DNA of 37,563 nucleotides from Batkoa obscura (Eukaryota): NCBI GenBank assembly GCA_030770535.1, contig JASVEC010000169.1, positions 1 to 37,563 of the forward strand, read 5' to 3'. Shown piece by piece: positions 34,201 to 37,563 of this stretch (position 1 is its first letter; each line of letters starts with the position of its first letter). The notes under the pieces were generated by a model. It saw only the letters and a program-made list of their open reading frames with translations, ran no database searches and was not told where the DNA came from. The position numbers and the translations under genes were made by a program.

Positions 34201-35553
34201 GAATTAGAAGATATTTTTAATCTTCAACTTAATGAATATAAAACATTAACAAGTGATAAAAAGATACTTGAGGAAGAATTGAACTCCAAAATTAGTGAAA
34301 TTGATGACTTAACAGAACAATATAATCAGGCTTATTCAGCTTTACAATTAGATTTTAAAATGAGTAATGATTTTACGGATTCTTTGAAAAAAGAATTGAT
34401 CCAAAAGGAACAAGAGATTGATAATAAAAACGAAGAAATCAATTTAATTCAAGAAAAGTTACAAATTTATGAAAATGAATTAAAAATAATGGATCAAAAA
34501 AAGAAAGAAATTGATGGATTAAATACAAAAATTGAACAACTTCATAATGATATTCAAATTCAAGAGAAAAACTATTCCTCAGCATCCACAAGAAATAGTC
34601 AATTATTAATGGATTTTGATCAACAACAAGAAGAAGTTAAGGTATTAAGTATTAAATTAAGTGAAACAAGTAAAGAGTTGGAAGAATTTAAACAAAAATA
34701 TGAACAAGAAGCGATTGAAGTTAAACAAACAAAATCCAAAATTGAACAATTAAAACTTGAAAAAGATCAGCAAGTTCAATTACTTCAACAATCATCTGAT
34801 GAAATTCAACTTCAATATGAACAAAAACTAAAAGAATCAGAATCCGTGATTAAAAATATGGATTCTATCAAATTCGAATTAGGTTTGGCATTAAAACAAA
34901 TTGGAGAACACAAAGAAATAATTCAATCTCATGAATCGAATAATCAAGCTTTAAAACTAGAAATTGAAGCTAAAAAAGAAATTATTAATCAATTAAGTAA
35001 TGAAGAATCCCTATTAAAACAGGAACTAAATCAATTAGAATCTATGATGAAAGAGAAAGATATGGAAAATCATGAATTACAAAGTTTAAAAAGTAATAGT
35101 CCCAGTATTACTAATGATGAATTACAAACTATTTTACAAGAAAACAAAAAATTACGTATAACAATCGACGAATTAAGAGCTGAAATTCAATCGAATAATG
35201 AATTAGTAGAAATATTTGAAATCGAAATTCAAAAAAGCGATAAAGAAAAAGAGACACATATGACTCAAATCAATGATTTAAAATCACTTGTTTCTGAAAG
35301 AGAAAACAAATTAAGTCAAATCATGGAAGAGTTACAAACTCAAAGAAGAGAAAGTAAATTAACTATTGAAGATTTGGAAGTGAAGCTACAAACATTAAGT
35401 AGAAAGAGCTCTTATCTTACTAGAAATCATTTAAATTCAAATAGTAATGTAGATGATTCCAGTTCGAGGACAGAATCGGTTAGGAATTCGATTTCTCCTA
35501 CACCTTCTCATACTGGGTCCCGTAGGAGCAAGAAAAAATTTATGTGTATTTAA
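31203..35553 (+). CDS. Kinesin motor protein, kinesin-4-like (1415 aa); exons 31203-31840, 31890-32064, 32119-35553
   Basis: [10 protein letters not shown]-loop [10 protein letters not shown], switch [51 protein letters not shown]; long coiled-coil tail; two GT-AG introns keep the frame. Confidence 0.95.
33811..34095 (+). repeat. Three tandem coding repeats (28-35 aa) in the kinesin stalk
   Basis: [22 protein letters not shown] / [22 protein letters not shown] / [22 protein letters not shown]. Confidence 0.8.
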
Positions 35554-35770
35554 AAAAAAGGAAGTTGGTAATTTTCTAGTGGGTTAATGCTTATTAACTA
35601 CGTTATTCTTTTTTAATAGCAATTATTTTCAATTAATAAAAAAAATTATTTTTATGTTTTTGTTTTTTCATTAAATTGGATTTTGAAACAGCTTAAATTG
35701 AAGATTATGAATTTTAATGAAATTGAAATCAAAATTGCATTTTTTAATCATTTTAATTTCTATATAAAAC

Positions 35771-36973
35771 ATGAGTTGGTTTCCGTCTTACAAACCCCAA
35801 AATTTAGATGATGATTATAGTAGTATTGAAGAATTTAGTAGCGATTTAGAAGGTTGGTGTATTAATTCCAAAAAGATTAAACTAAAAGAAGAGGTAGAAC
35901 AAGTTACTCAACAACAAGTAATTCAACAAGAAGTGATTGAAAACAAACGTTTTAATGCAGAAGAGGAGTCGAAGGAAGAGGAAACTGAAATATTGGAAGA
36001 TATTGAAGAATTTAGTAGCGATATTGAAGCTAGAAATCAAAATAATAATAAGCTTAAAGTAATGAATGTTGATAGTTTAAATCAGCAATTTAATATTAGT
36101 AATGATTCGATTGAGTATAATAGTATTTCAGAGACTTTTGAAGAACAAGATCCAATATTACAAGGACTTGATTTCAATGATAAAGTACAAGATCCATTAC
36201 CTGAAGAACAAAATAAAGAGATGGAAATATTTGAAACTGCTTGTATTTCCGATTTTATTCATGAAAGTTTATGTGAAAAATTTTGAATGCTGAAAAACAA
36301 AATGATCCTCAATTAGCTATTGATGTATTTACTAAAAATAATAAGGAAGAAAAGGTATATATTTAGTAATGAGTAAGTTGATCTTTTTTATTTAAATTTG
36401 TAATTATCAATTTTTAATAAAGTAATTAGAAAAAATAGTCTGGCTTTTCGATGTCAAAAAGTATATCAAGAATGAAATGGATCATAAATTATTCGATTAT
36501 TTGAGATTTACTAAAGGTAATATTTAAGATACTCTATTAAAAGATATTTAAATTATATAACAGAATTAATTGATATTAATTTTAGATTTAATCCAAAACA
36601 AAGTATTAAAGTGAAAATAATATCAATTGAAAATCAACCTCAAACTAAAGATTTGAATTTATTTGAAGAAAATGTTATAAACTTTAATATAGTTTTAACG
36701 GAGATAATACAACTTCATGATACTTCAAACAACAATAGTAAACAACATCAACTTCAAATTGGTCAACAAATAATAGTTATATTAATTAATTCTTTTATTG
36801 ATTTTGAGATAAAAGATTATACAAAATTAAAATTAATTGAATTAAAAAATCAGTTGTTAAAAGAAGATTCATATTTGAATATCTATCACCCTTTTTTATT
36901 AAAGATTGGAAATTAAATCATATTAAGGAATGTCCAGTTGTTATTACTTATAAATTTAATTTGTGTAATTGAT
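35771..36973 (+). CDS. Hypothetical multi-exon gene (acidic N-terminus, possible C-terminal OB fold) with several apparent 1-nt indels; could be a pseudogene
   Basis: 171-aa ATG ORF continues in the -1 frame at ~36280; intron 36517-36563 joins in frame to ORF 36611-36916; a further shift at the T run ~36892 would extend to CPVVITYKFNLCN*. Confidence 0.5.
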
Positions 36974-37151
36974 ATAGGAATAGTCAATAAAATGAGACAT
37001 TGAAGTTGATAAATGGTAGCAAGTGATAAAATTGAAAGAAGAAGAATCGGTAAATTAATTTTTATTTATTAAAAGTTTAAAACTTATTGATATTTTTACT
37101 ATTTCATTTCATTTTTATTATAGTTTATAATTGTATTTTTGTATATATTTT

Positions 37152-37525
37152 TCTTAGCCTTCAATAATTTTCAAAGCCAAGCTTCGCTTTGAAACTTCTA
37201 TTTTTAGTAAATACCAATAAATTTGGATTTGATTTACAATTATGAAGATTAAATTTTTTATTTCAAATGTTTAATAAATTGCAAAATATTAAATTAAATT
37301 CAACTAAAAGTAGTTTATGTATATAAATAATATAAATTCAATCATCTAATATATCTTTGATCTTTATTTTTATTTTCTTTATTTTAATAAAATAAAAATG
37401 AAATTAATATTTATAACAACTTTTATGCTTACCATCAACATTATTTCCACTCTTCATGTCCGTAACTTTCCATCACGACATCGACATGAATTAATTAAAC
37501 GAGATGATTTTAATCCATTTAATCT
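37152..37525 (-). other. Possible last two exons of a minus-strand gene running off the window
   Basis: Two GC-richer islands bounded by AG/GT sites splice to ...WKVTDMKSGNNVD-EVSKRSLALKIIEG*; the upstream exon needs a frameshift; product unidentified. Confidence 0.3.
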
Positions 37526-37563
37526 ATTTGGTATAGTAGTGAATAACTTATCTAAAGCAATCA

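Noticed and set aside
36272..36290. Programmed -1 ribosomal frameshift at gaaaaatttt
   Set aside because: No in-frame X XXY YYZ heptamer or obvious downstream structure; several similar indels nearby point to sequence error or decay

Overview
AT-rich eukaryotic genomic DNA with short (about 45-63 nt) spliceosomal introns and the standard genetic code. Gene content and style suggest an early-diverging fungus, possibly Conidiobolus/Entomophthorales-like (inference only). Recognisable genes: a Vts1/Smaug SAM RNA-binding protein (one apparent 1-nt frameshift), a FlbC-like C2H2 transcription factor, a PPR-like protein, BCD1/ZNHIT6, an 8-exon Prx5-type peroxiredoxin absent from the ORF track (11-nt microexon carrying the catalytic Cys, plus a GC-AG intron), a LigE/beta-etherase-like GST, a kinesin-4-like motor, and one intact plus two pseudogenised F-box/LRR genes. 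The accessory content is the most interesting part. (i) About 14 copies of a ~97-bp foldback MITE with GGGG...CCCC termini and a probable 4-bp ATAT/AWWT target duplication; two copies disrupt an F-box paralog, whose intact twin shows the empty site. (ii) A 4.4-kb cluster of five intronless small secreted-protein genes: two paralogous cationic amphipathic peptides, one RR-site precursor and two paralogous glycine-zipper proteins, a candidate membrane-active toxin/effector locus. (iii) A decayed Ty1/copia RNase H relic. Several single-base indels in otherwise coherent genes may be assembly errors.
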